Positions 9,397 to 17,990 of a DNA stretch of 59,242 nucleotides are shown here, piece by piece. The DNA comes from Deltaproteobacteria bacterium. Its GTDB lineage: Bacteria > Desulfobacterota > Syntrophia > Syntrophales > UBA5619. The notes beneath the pieces were generated by a model. It was not told the origin of the DNA. It searched no databases and worked only from the letters and a program-made list of their open reading frames with translations. The DNA is taken from the NCBI GenBank assembly GCA_023487865.1, contig JAMDBG010000032.1, positions 1 to 59,242 on the forward strand, written 5' to 3'. Positions within the stretch are counted from its first letter, which is position 1. Each line of letters begins with the position of its first letter. Position numbers and translations under genes: made by a program.

Positions 9397-11286
9397 ATGA
9401 AATCGCTGGAAGACTGGAAAAACCTATATCCGGAAAAGTTTGCCGAGGAAGAAGTGGTTTTCAGTCATATCCGTCGCGGCGATCACATCTTTGTCGCCTC
9501 AGGGTGCGGTGAGCCTCAATATCTTGTTCGAGCCCTTGTCCGTTATGTGGAATCCCATCCCAAGGCATTTTTTGACGCAGAGATCATTCATGTCTATTCC
9601 TTCGGAATAGCGCCATATACCGATCCAAAATTCAAACGCTACTTTCGCCATAACTCGTTTTTTATTGGAAACAACACCCGCGACCCCGTCAACCAGGGAA
9701 TGGCCGACTATACCCCGGTCTCTCTTTCCCAAGTGCCTGCACTGATTAAGAGCGGTTCTGTCCAAATCGATGTATCACTTGTGCAAACCTCTCTACCCGA
9801 TGAACACGGCTATTTGAGTCTCGGCATCAGTGTTGACATGGTCAAGGCGGCAACGGACAGATCATCTATGATTATTGCCCAGGTCAACAAATACATGCCC
9901 CGTGTTCACGGTGACGGATTCATCCACATCAAGGATGTCAACTTCATCATCCGCCATGACGAACCACTCTTGGAACTCCCGGCCATTCCCTTTAACGAAA
10001 CGACACAACGTATTGGCAACTATGTCGCCAGGCTTGTTCAAGACGGTGATACCATCCAGGTTGGATATGGAGGATTGCCGAATGCAGTCATGGCCAACCT
10101 GTACAATAAAAAGCATCTGGGAGTTCACACCGAATTACTCAGTGATGGCCTTGTAGAACTGATCAAGGCCGGAGTCATCGACAATTCGAGGAAAAAACTG
10201 AATCCGGGGAAAACTGTCGCCGCATTCTCGATGGGAAAGAAGGAAACTTACGAATTTCTTAACGACAACCCATCCATTCTGTTTCGAACTATCGATTATA
10301 CGAACGACCCGCTTAAGATTGCCCAGCAGGACAATATGGTAGCCATCAACAGCTCCCTGGAAATCGATCTCACTGGCCAGGCTACATCGGATTCGATCGG
10401 CGGAACGTTTTACAGTGGTATTGGCGGTCATCATGATTTCATGCGTGGCGCCCTTCTGTCGAATGGTGGCCGGACTATCCTCGCGATGAAGTCCACGGCC
10501 GTGAATGAAACGGTCTCACGAATCGTTCCCTCTTTGCGTGAATCTGCTGGTATCACTTTAAATCGTGGTGATGCCAGATATGTAGTGACTGAATATGGCA
10601 TCGCCTATCTCCACGGGAAAAATATTCGGGAAAGAGCGATGTCGCTCATTTCCATTGCCCATCCCAAGTTTCGCCCCTGGCTTATCGCTGAAGCAAAAAA
10701 ACGGGGGATTATATACCGCGATCAGGCTTTCATCCCGGGGAAAAGTGGCGAATACCCCGAGAATTTAGAAACTCACCGGACTACGAATACTGGTTTGCAG
10801 ATCTTCCTCCGCCCTGTCAAAATCAACGATGAACCCTTGATCAAAGATTTCTTTTATTCGCTGTCCGACAAGAGTCTCAATCGACGTTTCCTTTCCATGC
10901 GGAAGGACATGCCACACGAACGTCTGCAGGATTTTGTCATCATTGATTATACCAAAGAGGTTGTCATACTCGCCATCATCGGTTCCGAGGATAGTGAGGT
11001 GATTGTCGGTGTTGGTCAATACGGCATTGACGAAGAATCCCATACCGCAGAGGTTGCCTTTGCCATTCGCGACGACTATCATAACCGCGGCATCGGGACG
11101 GTAATGCTCTCCTACCTGACCTACATCGCCCGCCGGGAAGGGCTGTTGGGCTTCACTGCGGAAGTACTAATCGACAACAAACCGATGCTCCATGTATTTG
11201 AAAATGGCGGTTTCGATATTACGAGAAAAAGTGATGCAGGGGTGTATGATTTGAAAATGGCCTTCAAAGAAGAGGTGAAACAATAA
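9397..11286 (+). CDS. acetyl-CoA hydrolase/transferase domain (catalytic motifs intact) fused to a C-terminal Pat-type GNAT domain
   Basis: ATG at 9397 (MKSLEDWKNLY) with GGAAAG upstream. Family motifs IQVGYGGLPNAV, LGVHTELLSDG, NSSLEIDLTGQ and SGIGGHHDF. C-terminal GNAT (LRPVKINDEPL..LNRRFLS..IDYTKEV..HNRGIGT) is paralogous to 3289..5274. Confidence 0.8.
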   Translation: MKSLEDWKNLYPEKFAEEEVVFSHIRRGDHIFVASGCGEPQYLVRALVRYVESHPKAFFDAEIIHVYSFGIAPYTDPKFKRYFRHNSFFIGNNTRDPVNQGMADYTPVSLSQVPALIKSGSVQIDVSLVQTSLPDEHGYLSLGISVDMVKAATDRSSMIIAQVNKYMPRVHGDGFIHIKDVNFIIRHDEPLLELPAIPFNETTQRIGNYVARLVQDGDTIQVGYGGLPNAVMANLYNKKHLGVHTELLSDGLVELIKAGVIDNSRKKLNPGKTVAAFSMGKKETYEFLNDNPSILFRTIDYTNDPLKIAQQDNMVAINSSLEIDLTGQATSDSIGGTFYSGIGGHHDFMRGALLSNGGRTILAMKSTAVNETVSRIVPSLRESAGITLNRGDARYVVTEYGIAYLHGKNIRERAMSLISIAHPKFRPWLIAEAKKRGIIYRDQAFIPGKSGEYPENLETHRTTNTGLQIFLRPVKINDEPLIKDFFYSLSDKSLNRRFLSMRKDMPHERLQDFVIIDYTKEVVILAIIGSEDSEVIVGVGQYGIDEESHTAEVAFAIRDDYHNRGIGTVMLSYLTYIARREGLLGFTAEVLIDNKPMLHVFENGGFDITRKSDAGVYDLKMAFKEEVKQ

Positions 11287-12321
11287 ATGCACAAGTTTGT
11301 AGTTACATCACTGCGTCAGGGCGCAGGCAAAACAAGCATGATCATCGGCATTGCGAAGGCCTTGAACAGATCAATTGGTTATATCAAACCCTTGGGGGAA
11401 AGGTTTCTTTATCGGAAAAAAAGACTTTGGGACTATGACGCCGCCCTAGTCACCAATATCTTCGGCCTGAAAGAGAATCCGGAAGAGATGAGTATCGGTT
11501 TTCACCATTCGAAGCTCCGCTACATATTTGACGAAAAGACCACTGGTGAAAAACTTCATGAACTTCTGGATAGCGTTGGGGCAGGAAAAGATATTTTCTT
11601 GGCCGAATGCGGTAAGGATATCACTTACGGCACCTCCGTCCACCTGGACGCCATTTCGGTTGTCGAGCAGCTCGACGCCCAGCTGATTATCGTGACCAGT
11701 GGCGATGAGGATACAATCCTTGACGATTTGATCTATCTCAAAAAATATGTCCGTCCACGTGAATATCGATTAAAGGGAATCATCATCAACAAGGTAGCCA
11801 ATGTAACTGATTTTTGCAGTACGAGACTTCCCCAGATCAACAAGTACGGAATTGATGTGCTTGGCATTGTCCCCTTTAACAAGGAGCTCTCTTATTTCTC
11901 CTTGAGTTATTTAGCCGACCGCCTGTTCGCCAAGGTCATCACCGCTGAAGATAATCTGAATCGCACCGTCAAGAATACCTTCATCGGTGCCATGTCGGTG
12001 GACGTTGCCCTGAAGGACCCCCTATTCCGGGAAGAATCCAAGATTGTCATCACAAGCGGCGACCGGAGTGACATGATTACGGCTGCCATGGAGAGCAATG
12101 CCCTAGCGGTCATCCTTACCAATAACATTCTACCGCCAGCCGACCTTATTGCACAGGGAACCCGACTGACGATCCCCCTGCTTCTGGTTTCTGCTGACAC
12201 ATACGAGACCGCCCGACAGATCGAAAACATGGAACCCCTTTTGACAAAAAACGACAGCAACAAAATCACCCTGATAGAAGAGATGGTCAAGAACCACATC
12301 AACCTCGAAACCCTGAAGTAG
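11287..12321 (+). CDS. phosphotransacetylase N-terminal-like protein (P-loop/BioD-like plus DRTGG domain), no PTA catalytic domain
   Basis: 344 aa. N-terminal P-loop-like VTSLRQGAGKTS. C-terminal VITSGDRSDMITAAMESNALAVILTNN matches the DRTGG motif. The ATG directly abuts the stop of the upstream gene (TAAATG). Confidence 0.7.
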   Translation: MHKFVVTSLRQGAGKTSMIIGIAKALNRSIGYIKPLGERFLYRKKRLWDYDAALVTNIFGLKENPEEMSIGFHHSKLRYIFDEKTTGEKLHELLDSVGAGKDIFLAECGKDITYGTSVHLDAISVVEQLDAQLIIVTSGDEDTILDDLIYLKKYVRPREYRLKGIIINKVANVTDFCSTRLPQINKYGIDVLGIVPFNKELSYFSLSYLADRLFAKVITAEDNLNRTVKNTFIGAMSVDVALKDPLFREESKIVITSGDRSDMITAAMESNALAVILTNNILPPADLIAQGTRLTIPLLLVSADTYETARQIENMEPLLTKNDSNKITLIEEMVKNHINLETLK

Positions 12322-12335
12322 TTGTGAGGTATTAC

Positions 12336-13691
12336 ATGAATCCTGAAATCTTTCGAGAGTATGATGTTCGCGGTGTTGTCAACAGAGACCTTAACCCTGA
12401 CGTAGTCTATCTCCTGGGTCGGGCAATTGGGACCTATGCTATACACCACAATGTTCGGCAGATGAGTTTGGGTAGGGATTGCCGTATTAGCTCGGAAACC
12501 TATCAGGATGCAGTCAGCAGAGGATTAATGGCCGCGGGTGTGGATATCATCGATATTGGCCTGTGTGCTACTCCTATGCTTTATTTCTCTATCCGTCATC
12601 TCGGAGTCGACGGCGGCGTCATGATTACAGGAAGCCACAATCCGCCTGACTTCAACGGCTTCAAGATCTGTATCGGTCCGGATACGATTTACGGGGAAGA
12701 GATCCAGAATTTGAGGCTGATTATCGAAAGCGAGACCTACACGGCAGGTAAAGGAAACATTCGGCGAGAGGAGATCTCCGGCAAATACCAAGATTATCTT
12801 TTCCGGAATGTCTCGGTTGGAAAAAATTTGAAAGTGATCGTTGACGCAGGAAACGGAGTTGGAGGTTTCTTTGCTCTGCCCATCCTTCGCCGCTACGGGT
12901 GCGATGTAACCGATCTATACTGCGATCCGGATGGCCATTTCCCCAACCACTTTCCCGATCCAACCATCCCGGAAAATCTCCGGGAGCTGATACGTCTCGT
13001 AAGCTCAGGGAAGGCTGACGCCGGTATCGCTTACGACGGGGATGCCGACCGGCTCGGCGTGATCACCGACCGTGGAGAAGTTCTCTGGGGTGACGAATTG
13101 CTGCTCCTCTTTGCCCGCTACATATTGAAAAAGAATCCCGGCGCAGCAATCATCGGTGAGGTCAAATGCTCCCAAAAACTTTACGACGACATCACAGAGA
13201 ATGGCGGACGGGCAATTATGTGGAAGGCCGGTCACTCGTTGATCAAGGGAAAAATGAAAGAAGAGAAGGCTCTTCTTGCAGGAGAGATGAGCGGACATAT
13301 CTTTTTCGCCGATCGTTATTTCGGCTATGACGACGCCATCTATGCCTCCCTCCGAATGCTTGAGATCCTTTCTGAAACCGGGATGAAACTGAGTGAACTC
13401 CTCGCTGATGTTCCCAAGACCTTCACGACGCCCGAGATCCGTGTGGACTGCCCAGACCGGATCAAGTTCCGTGTTGTCGAGGCCGTCAAGGAACGCTTCC
13501 TTAAGACCCATGATATCATCTCGATTGACGGGATCCGGATACCTTTCGGCGATGGATGGGGATTGCTGAGAGCCTCGAACACCCAGCCGGTTCTTGTTCT
13601 CCGTTTCGAAGCCACCTCGGAGGAACGCCTCAGCGCCATCCGCAGCAACATTGAAGGGGTTCTGAACGGGGTTTTGAAGTCTTTTAACTGA
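12336..13691 (+). CDS. phosphomannomutase/phosphoglucomutase
   Basis: Active-site TGSHNP, Mg-binding DGDADR and sugar-binding GEMSGH motifs. ATG at 12336 with GTGAGG RBS; the ORF-track GTG at 12324 is less likely. Confidence 0.9.
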   Translation: MNPEIFREYDVRGVVNRDLNPDVVYLLGRAIGTYAIHHNVRQMSLGRDCRISSETYQDAVSRGLMAAGVDIIDIGLCATPMLYFSIRHLGVDGGVMITGSHNPPDFNGFKICIGPDTIYGEEIQNLRLIIESETYTAGKGNIRREEISGKYQDYLFRNVSVGKNLKVIVDAGNGVGGFFALPILRRYGCDVTDLYCDPDGHFPNHFPDPTIPENLRELIRLVSSGKADAGIAYDGDADRLGVITDRGEVLWGDELLLLFARYILKKNPGAAIIGEVKCSQKLYDDITENGGRAIMWKAGHSLIKGKMKEEKALLAGEMSGHIFFADRYFGYDDAIYASLRMLEILSETGMKLSELLADVPKTFTTPEIRVDCPDRIKFRVVEAVKERFLKTHDIISIDGIRIPFGDGWGLLRASNTQPVLVLRFEATSEERLSAIRSNIEGVLNGVLKSFN

Positions 13692-13860
13692 GTAGTCCTT
13701 CCGCGGAAGCATGTATACTCGGCTACAATTTTCAAGTGTCCATTGTCATTACACTTCCGCGATTGTGACTTGCAATGACGGTTGGTCATTTCAGCCTGGC
13801 ATCTGAATCATTAAAAAAGCAGAATACACATCTATGTTTGCTATCTGATTGTTTTACTGG

Positions 13861-14625
13861 CTATGGGAGAAGGATAATACTTATTCGTCTATTCCTAAGA
13901 TCTTTGGTATTTTCTTTGATGAGAGGATCCTGGTCAGCATAACCAACGACCTTGGCGATTCTGTTGGGATCAACCCCATTGTTTTCAAGCTCCCTTCTGG
14001 CCGCGGACGCTCTTGATGTGGACAGTTCCCAGTTCGTTTTTTGAGCGCCCTTGAATGGAGCAGAGTCCGTATGACCCTCAATGGTGATGCGATTCGGCTT
14101 TTCTCTGAGATTTTCGGAAACCAATCTGATGATCTGACGTGCCTTTTCCGTCGGTTCAGCACTGCCGGACCGAAATATCTCACTGCCCTCGTTATCGACA
14201 ATCTGAATTTTAAGACCCTCTTTGGTCGTTTCAATCAAAACCTGATTTTTAAGAGCTTGCAGTTTATCATCAATGGCGCTCCGCATTATCTTTGCCAATT
14301 CTTCGGTAGTCACTTTTTTTTCCGCTTTCACCCTGGCTGATTCAGTCTGCACAGAACGCCCCACATTTAAAATGCCGTTTGATTTATCCAAAATGGATGT
14401 ACCGGACTGTTGAGGTTGATCCTTAAATATGCTGAATGTATTAAAATATTGAGATAGCGCAGCTTTGCTTTCAGGTGAAGTCATGGACAGCAGCCACAGG
14501 AGGAGAAAAAAAGCCATCATGGCTGTTACGAAGTCCGCATAGGCAACTTTCCATGAGCCGCCGTGATGCCCCCCATGTGTTTTTTTGTTCACTTTGCGAA
14601 TGATGATTTTTGAACGATCTTCCAT
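13861..14625 (-). CDS. motB: flagellar stator protein MotB (OmpA-like C-terminus)
   Basis: WKVAYADFVTAMMAFFLLLW transmembrane segment with the conserved Asp. C-terminal GHTD..NWELSTSRA..NRRI OmpA-like peptidoglycan-binding motif. Confidence 0.9.
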   Translation of the reverse strand: MEDRSKIIIRKVNKKTHGGHHGGSWKVAYADFVTAMMAFFLLLWLLSMTSPESKAALSQYFNTFSIFKDQPQQSGTSILDKSNGILNVGRSVQTESARVKAEKKVTTEELAKIMRSAIDDKLQALKNQVLIETTKEGLKIQIVDNEGSEIFRSGSAEPTEKARQIIRLVSENLREKPNRITIEGHTDSAPFKGAQKTNWELSTSRASAARRELENNGVDPNRIAKVVGYADQDPLIKENTKDLRNRRISIILLP

Positions 14626-14627
14626 GA

Positions 14628-15482
14628 TTACTTCTTCTTACGAAGGGATTCTTCGATTTCAGCAAATGACGGTTGGACATTTTCCGGAATGACCCGTCGA
14701 CCGAATTCAACTGCCACTTTCGGCGCTGATCCTCCAAGAAATGAGATCAAAGCAACCTTAAGAACATTTAAGTAATTCATCTTCTCTCCGGCAGCGTGCT
14801 CAAGATTTTTCCCGATAGGGCCTACAAATCCATAGCTTAGCAACACTCCAAGAAATGTTCCTAGCATTGCCGCACCTACACTCGCCCCTAAAACTTCAGG
14901 AGGTTCTTTCATTTTTCCCATTGTGAGCACGATCCCCAATACAGCAGCAACAATACCGAGCGCAGGAAGAGCGTCTGCAACAAAGGTGATCGCCTTAGAT
15001 GGAGCTAAGATTTCTTCGTGATAAGTTTCCAGTTCCGTGTCTATAAGAGCATCCAGTTCATGAGCCGCGATGGTTGTGGTCATCACTATTCTTAATGTAT
15101 CCGTTATGAGATTTATCGCACGATGATTATTTAATATTTTTGGATATTTATTAAATAGGGAACTTTTTTCGGGATCATCTACATCGGACTCAATGGAAAC
15201 CAGGCCTTGCTGTCTGATTTTGTAAAATACACCATTCAGCAACATCAGGGCATCGATGTAGTCTTCTTTGTTGTGGGAAGAGCTTGATAAAATGCCCAAG
15301 AGAGATCCCACTGTCGCTTTGATGACCTTTAAAGGATTGCTGATCAGAAACGAGCCTAGGGCTGCTCCGCCAATGATTAACAGTTCAACAGGCTGGAAAA
15401 GGACAGAAAGATTTCCATGTTCCAGTATATAGCCGCCAATGACGGAAGAGAGTACGACGATGATCCCCAAAATAAAAAACAT
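14628..15482 (-). CDS. motA: flagellar stator protein MotA
   Basis: 284 aa. N-terminus MFFILGIIVVLSSVIGGYILEHGNL. C-terminal MotA/TolQ/ExbB channel region ALPALGIVAAVLGIV. Sits 2 nt upstream of motB. Confidence 0.9.
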   Translation of the reverse strand: MFFILGIIVVLSSVIGGYILEHGNLSVLFQPVELLIIGGAALGSFLISNPLKVIKATVGSLLGILSSSSHNKEDYIDALMLLNGVFYKIRQQGLVSIESDVDDPEKSSLFNKYPKILNNHRAINLITDTLRIVMTTTIAAHELDALIDTELETYHEEILAPSKAITFVADALPALGIVAAVLGIVLTMGKMKEPPEVLGASVGAAMLGTFLGVLLSYGFVGPIGKNLEHAAGEKMNYLNVLKVALISFLGGSAPKVAVEFGRRVIPENVQPSFAEIEESLRKKK

Positions 15483-15488
15483 CGATGA

Positions 15489-16037
15489 CTATCTCCTTTT
15501 TTCCCGGATGATTTCTCTTTCTCTTTCAAAGACGAAACGGATGATTTCATCCCTCACTGAAGAATCCATATGCACGTAACGAACGGCAGTGAAGTATTTA
15601 TCAAGTTGTTTTTCAGACTTGGTTATCTCGCCATAGACTGACATGGCAACAGGTTGATTCCATGTGAGCATGATCTTTATTTCCAGAATCTCACCCAGGG
15701 GAATAGGTTTGGTCAATAAAAAACTCATCCCGCCCCCGCTGATATTGATAGTTTTGAAAGGAAGCCCGAAGTATCCTTCGCGCTGGAGAGTCATGAGACG
15801 AATGATGGTATCAAGCTTTGCATTAAGTATTTGAAGCCATTCTCCAAAAATATAATCATAGTCTCCGATATTCTGAACCGGCCTAATGTCGGATGTGGCA
15901 GTGTTGCCGGAAATTCTCGCCTGAATGTGGCATTTTTCATCATCAGCCACTATCCGATAGTCGAAAGGGATATATACGTCAACCCTTGAATATTCACGCC
16001 TCTGTATCTGTTCTTCACCCGCTTCATCCATACCCAA
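15489..16037 (-). CDS. PilZ-domain protein (putative c-di-GMP receptor) co-transcribed with motAB
   Basis: RREYSR (RxxxR) at aa 13-18 and NISGGG (D/NxSxxG) at aa 98-103. The stop lies 6 nt before the motA start. Confidence 0.75.
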   Translation of the reverse strand: MGMDEAGEEQIQRREYSRVDVYIPFDYRIVADDEKCHIQARISGNTATSDIRPVQNIGDYDYIFGEWLQILNAKLDTIIRLMTLQREGYFGLPFKTINISGGGMSFLLTKPIPLGEILEIKIMLTWNQPVAMSVYGEITKSEKQLDKYFTAVRYVHMDSSVRDEIIRFVFEREREIIREKRR

Positions 16038-16212
16038 TTGGATCCTTTCTCCAAAGCAACAAACACAACGAGATGCTACACTCTCCAGATGTTAAAATGT
16101 CTCAGCAATATACCCATTTACTATATCGTATTAAAAGGATGTCTCTCAAAATGGGCCGCTGAAACATATCAGCTGCATATTATGAGGGTGATTAAAATGT
16201 ACTATTAATGCA

Positions 16213-16228
16213 TGCAAGGGTGGTGCCA
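16213..16228 (-). promoter_or_regulatory. sigma-54 promoter (TGGCAC-N5-TTGCA) for pilZ-motA-motB
   Basis: The minus strand reads TGGCACCACCCTTGCA, a perfect GG-N10-GC match. It lies ~175 nt upstream of the pilZ start. Confidence 0.7.
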
Positions 16229-16373
16229 TAAGAACGACTATATAGATAAAATAGGTGATTATGGGTCTCCGGTGTCAAGCTTTTAATCACCATAAAATAA
16301 TTGCACCGAAGCGGATATCTTCGGTATATACTTTGCATAAGTAAAGAGTGATCTTTATCACCGGGAGGGTCAT

Positions 16374-17879
16374 TTGAAAAAAATTGTTTTTGTACTTAGT
16401 TATTTATCATTCGCTACCATCGTATATGCTGACAATCAGATATATGCTGTCCAGGTATTAAAGGCAAAACAATATGAAAACGCCGTTAATTTTTATTTGC
16501 AGTTGAAAGACCATCAAGATGTCAGGATCGAAAAAATAAATGACGCTTTTGTCGTGCGTGTTGGAATTCATCAGACGAAAACTAAAGCCTTATCGTTATT
16601 AAAGCAACTAAAACAGACGCATACAGATGCATTTCTCATAAAATACGATATTGAAAAAAGAAATATTGTACAGGGGAAATATCCTCATAATGACCACCAG
16701 AAAACGCAAAAAATCCCTGCTATCCCATCGATAAACCGAATGGCAAATGATTCTGATGGTTTACCAACTCCGCCCTCGGCTGATACTCCCATTTCTGTTG
16801 TAGGCCAAAGCGCTGAATTAACCAAAGCAATTGATGATGCGAAGCAAACATCCCAAATTCCCAAAAAATTACAGGAAATTTTGAAACAACCGATGGGGAC
16901 CGAGGAAGATTTTCTAAAGGAGGGTATGCAGAGTTATCATGATGGAAAACATGAAAATACGGTTAGTTTACTTTCAAAATACGTAAGCCTTGCTCCGAAA
17001 AGTAAACAGCGCGGAGCTGCGCTGCTTTTAATAGGCAAGAGCTTTGAACAAATGAAAAGACCTAAATCTGCGCTAGATATCTACGGCCGAATCATCGAAC
17101 AATATCCTGATAGTCTGGAATCATTGTTCAGCATCGTCGCGATGGCGGACATAAGCGTTACCAATCCTGGCTCACATTATCCCATTGGGAAGACAGGAGC
17201 TGAATATGTCAAGAATCCTGTTTCCGCATACGATACCGTTCTCTTGAAAAATGTCCCAGCGCCCATGATTGAACATATTCAATATCAAAAAGGACTTGCC
17301 TTATGGAAGCTCAAACATTACGAGCAAGCCCGGCAAACACAGGCAGATTTTTTAAAGAAATTCCCTAATACCGCATACCATAAAGATGTCATCAGGATGT
17401 TAAAAGACAGCACCGCAGTTTTAATTAATAAATACAGCGATTTGGAAGATCACGTTTCTGTGGCAAATCTTTTCTTTCAGGGGTGGAAAAATGGATTGAT
17501 CACAACAGAAGATGTCGACACACTGTTGAAATCCTCATCCAGTCTATTCTATTTGGGTCTTCATGATGATTCATTAAAAATTCTCAATACCCTTAAGAAA
17601 AGTGCCATGGGGAAGGCATCTGCTGACATTGATAAAGCAGTAGCCGAAATTGAGAAGAAAAAGGCTATCGGTTTGATGGATTATCTGCCGTCGGATGCAA
17701 AATGGAATAAATTCCAAACCGGCCGAGAATATCTTAGCGCGAATAACCTCACAAATGCTGAACAGACCTTCTCTGAGTTGAAAAAATCAGACGGTGATCC
17801 ATTTTGGTCCAAAATAACGGAATATGCTCTCGATGAAAACAGGTGGATTCAGAAATATCGGTGGCCCGCCGAAAAATAA
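16374..17879 (+). CDS. SPOR-domain plus TPR (YbgF/CpoB-like) periplasmic protein
   Basis: TTG start with GGGAGGG RBS and a signal peptide. IYAVQVLKAKQYENAVNFYLQL...FVVRVGIHQTKTKALSLLKQLK matches the SPOR pattern. The C-terminal half has TPR-like repeats (..IIEQYPDS.., ..FLKKFPNT..). Confidence 0.65.
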   Translation: MKKIVFVLSYLSFATIVYADNQIYAVQVLKAKQYENAVNFYLQLKDHQDVRIEKINDAFVVRVGIHQTKTKALSLLKQLKQTHTDAFLIKYDIEKRNIVQGKYPHNDHQKTQKIPAIPSINRMANDSDGLPTPPSADTPISVVGQSAELTKAIDDAKQTSQIPKKLQEILKQPMGTEEDFLKEGMQSYHDGKHENTVSLLSKYVSLAPKSKQRGAALLLIGKSFEQMKRPKSALDIYGRIIEQYPDSLESLFSIVAMADISVTNPGSHYPIGKTGAEYVKNPVSAYDTVLLKNVPAPMIEHIQYQKGLALWKLKHYEQARQTQADFLKKFPNTAYHKDVIRMLKDSTAVLINKYSDLEDHVSVANLFFQGWKNGLITTEDVDTLLKSSSSLFYLGLHDDSLKILNTLKKSAMGKASADIDKAVAEIEKKKAIGLMDYLPSDAKWNKFQTGREYLSANNLTNAEQTFSELKKSDGDPFWSKITEYALDENRWIQKYRWPAEK

Positions 17880-17990
17880 TAGTATTCAGAAAACAATGGA
17901 CTTAACAAATGTTGAGGAAATATTACCCTCATACAAAATGTAAATGTCAGATATCAATCTAATAACTTCTAGTTGAGTGAATCTTAAACG

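Noticed and set aside
13698-13709. The 12-nt palindrome CTTCCGCGGAAG just after the phosphomannomutase stop could be a terminator.
   Set aside because: It has no loop and no T-tract, and it is too short to form a stable terminator hairpin.
11907-13789. Minus-strand ORFs of 180, 235 and 149 aa overlap the DRTGG and phosphomannomutase genes.
   Set aside because: They are antisense to genes with catalytic motifs (TGSHNP, DGDADR). Their translations are Arg/Ser-rich and featureless.
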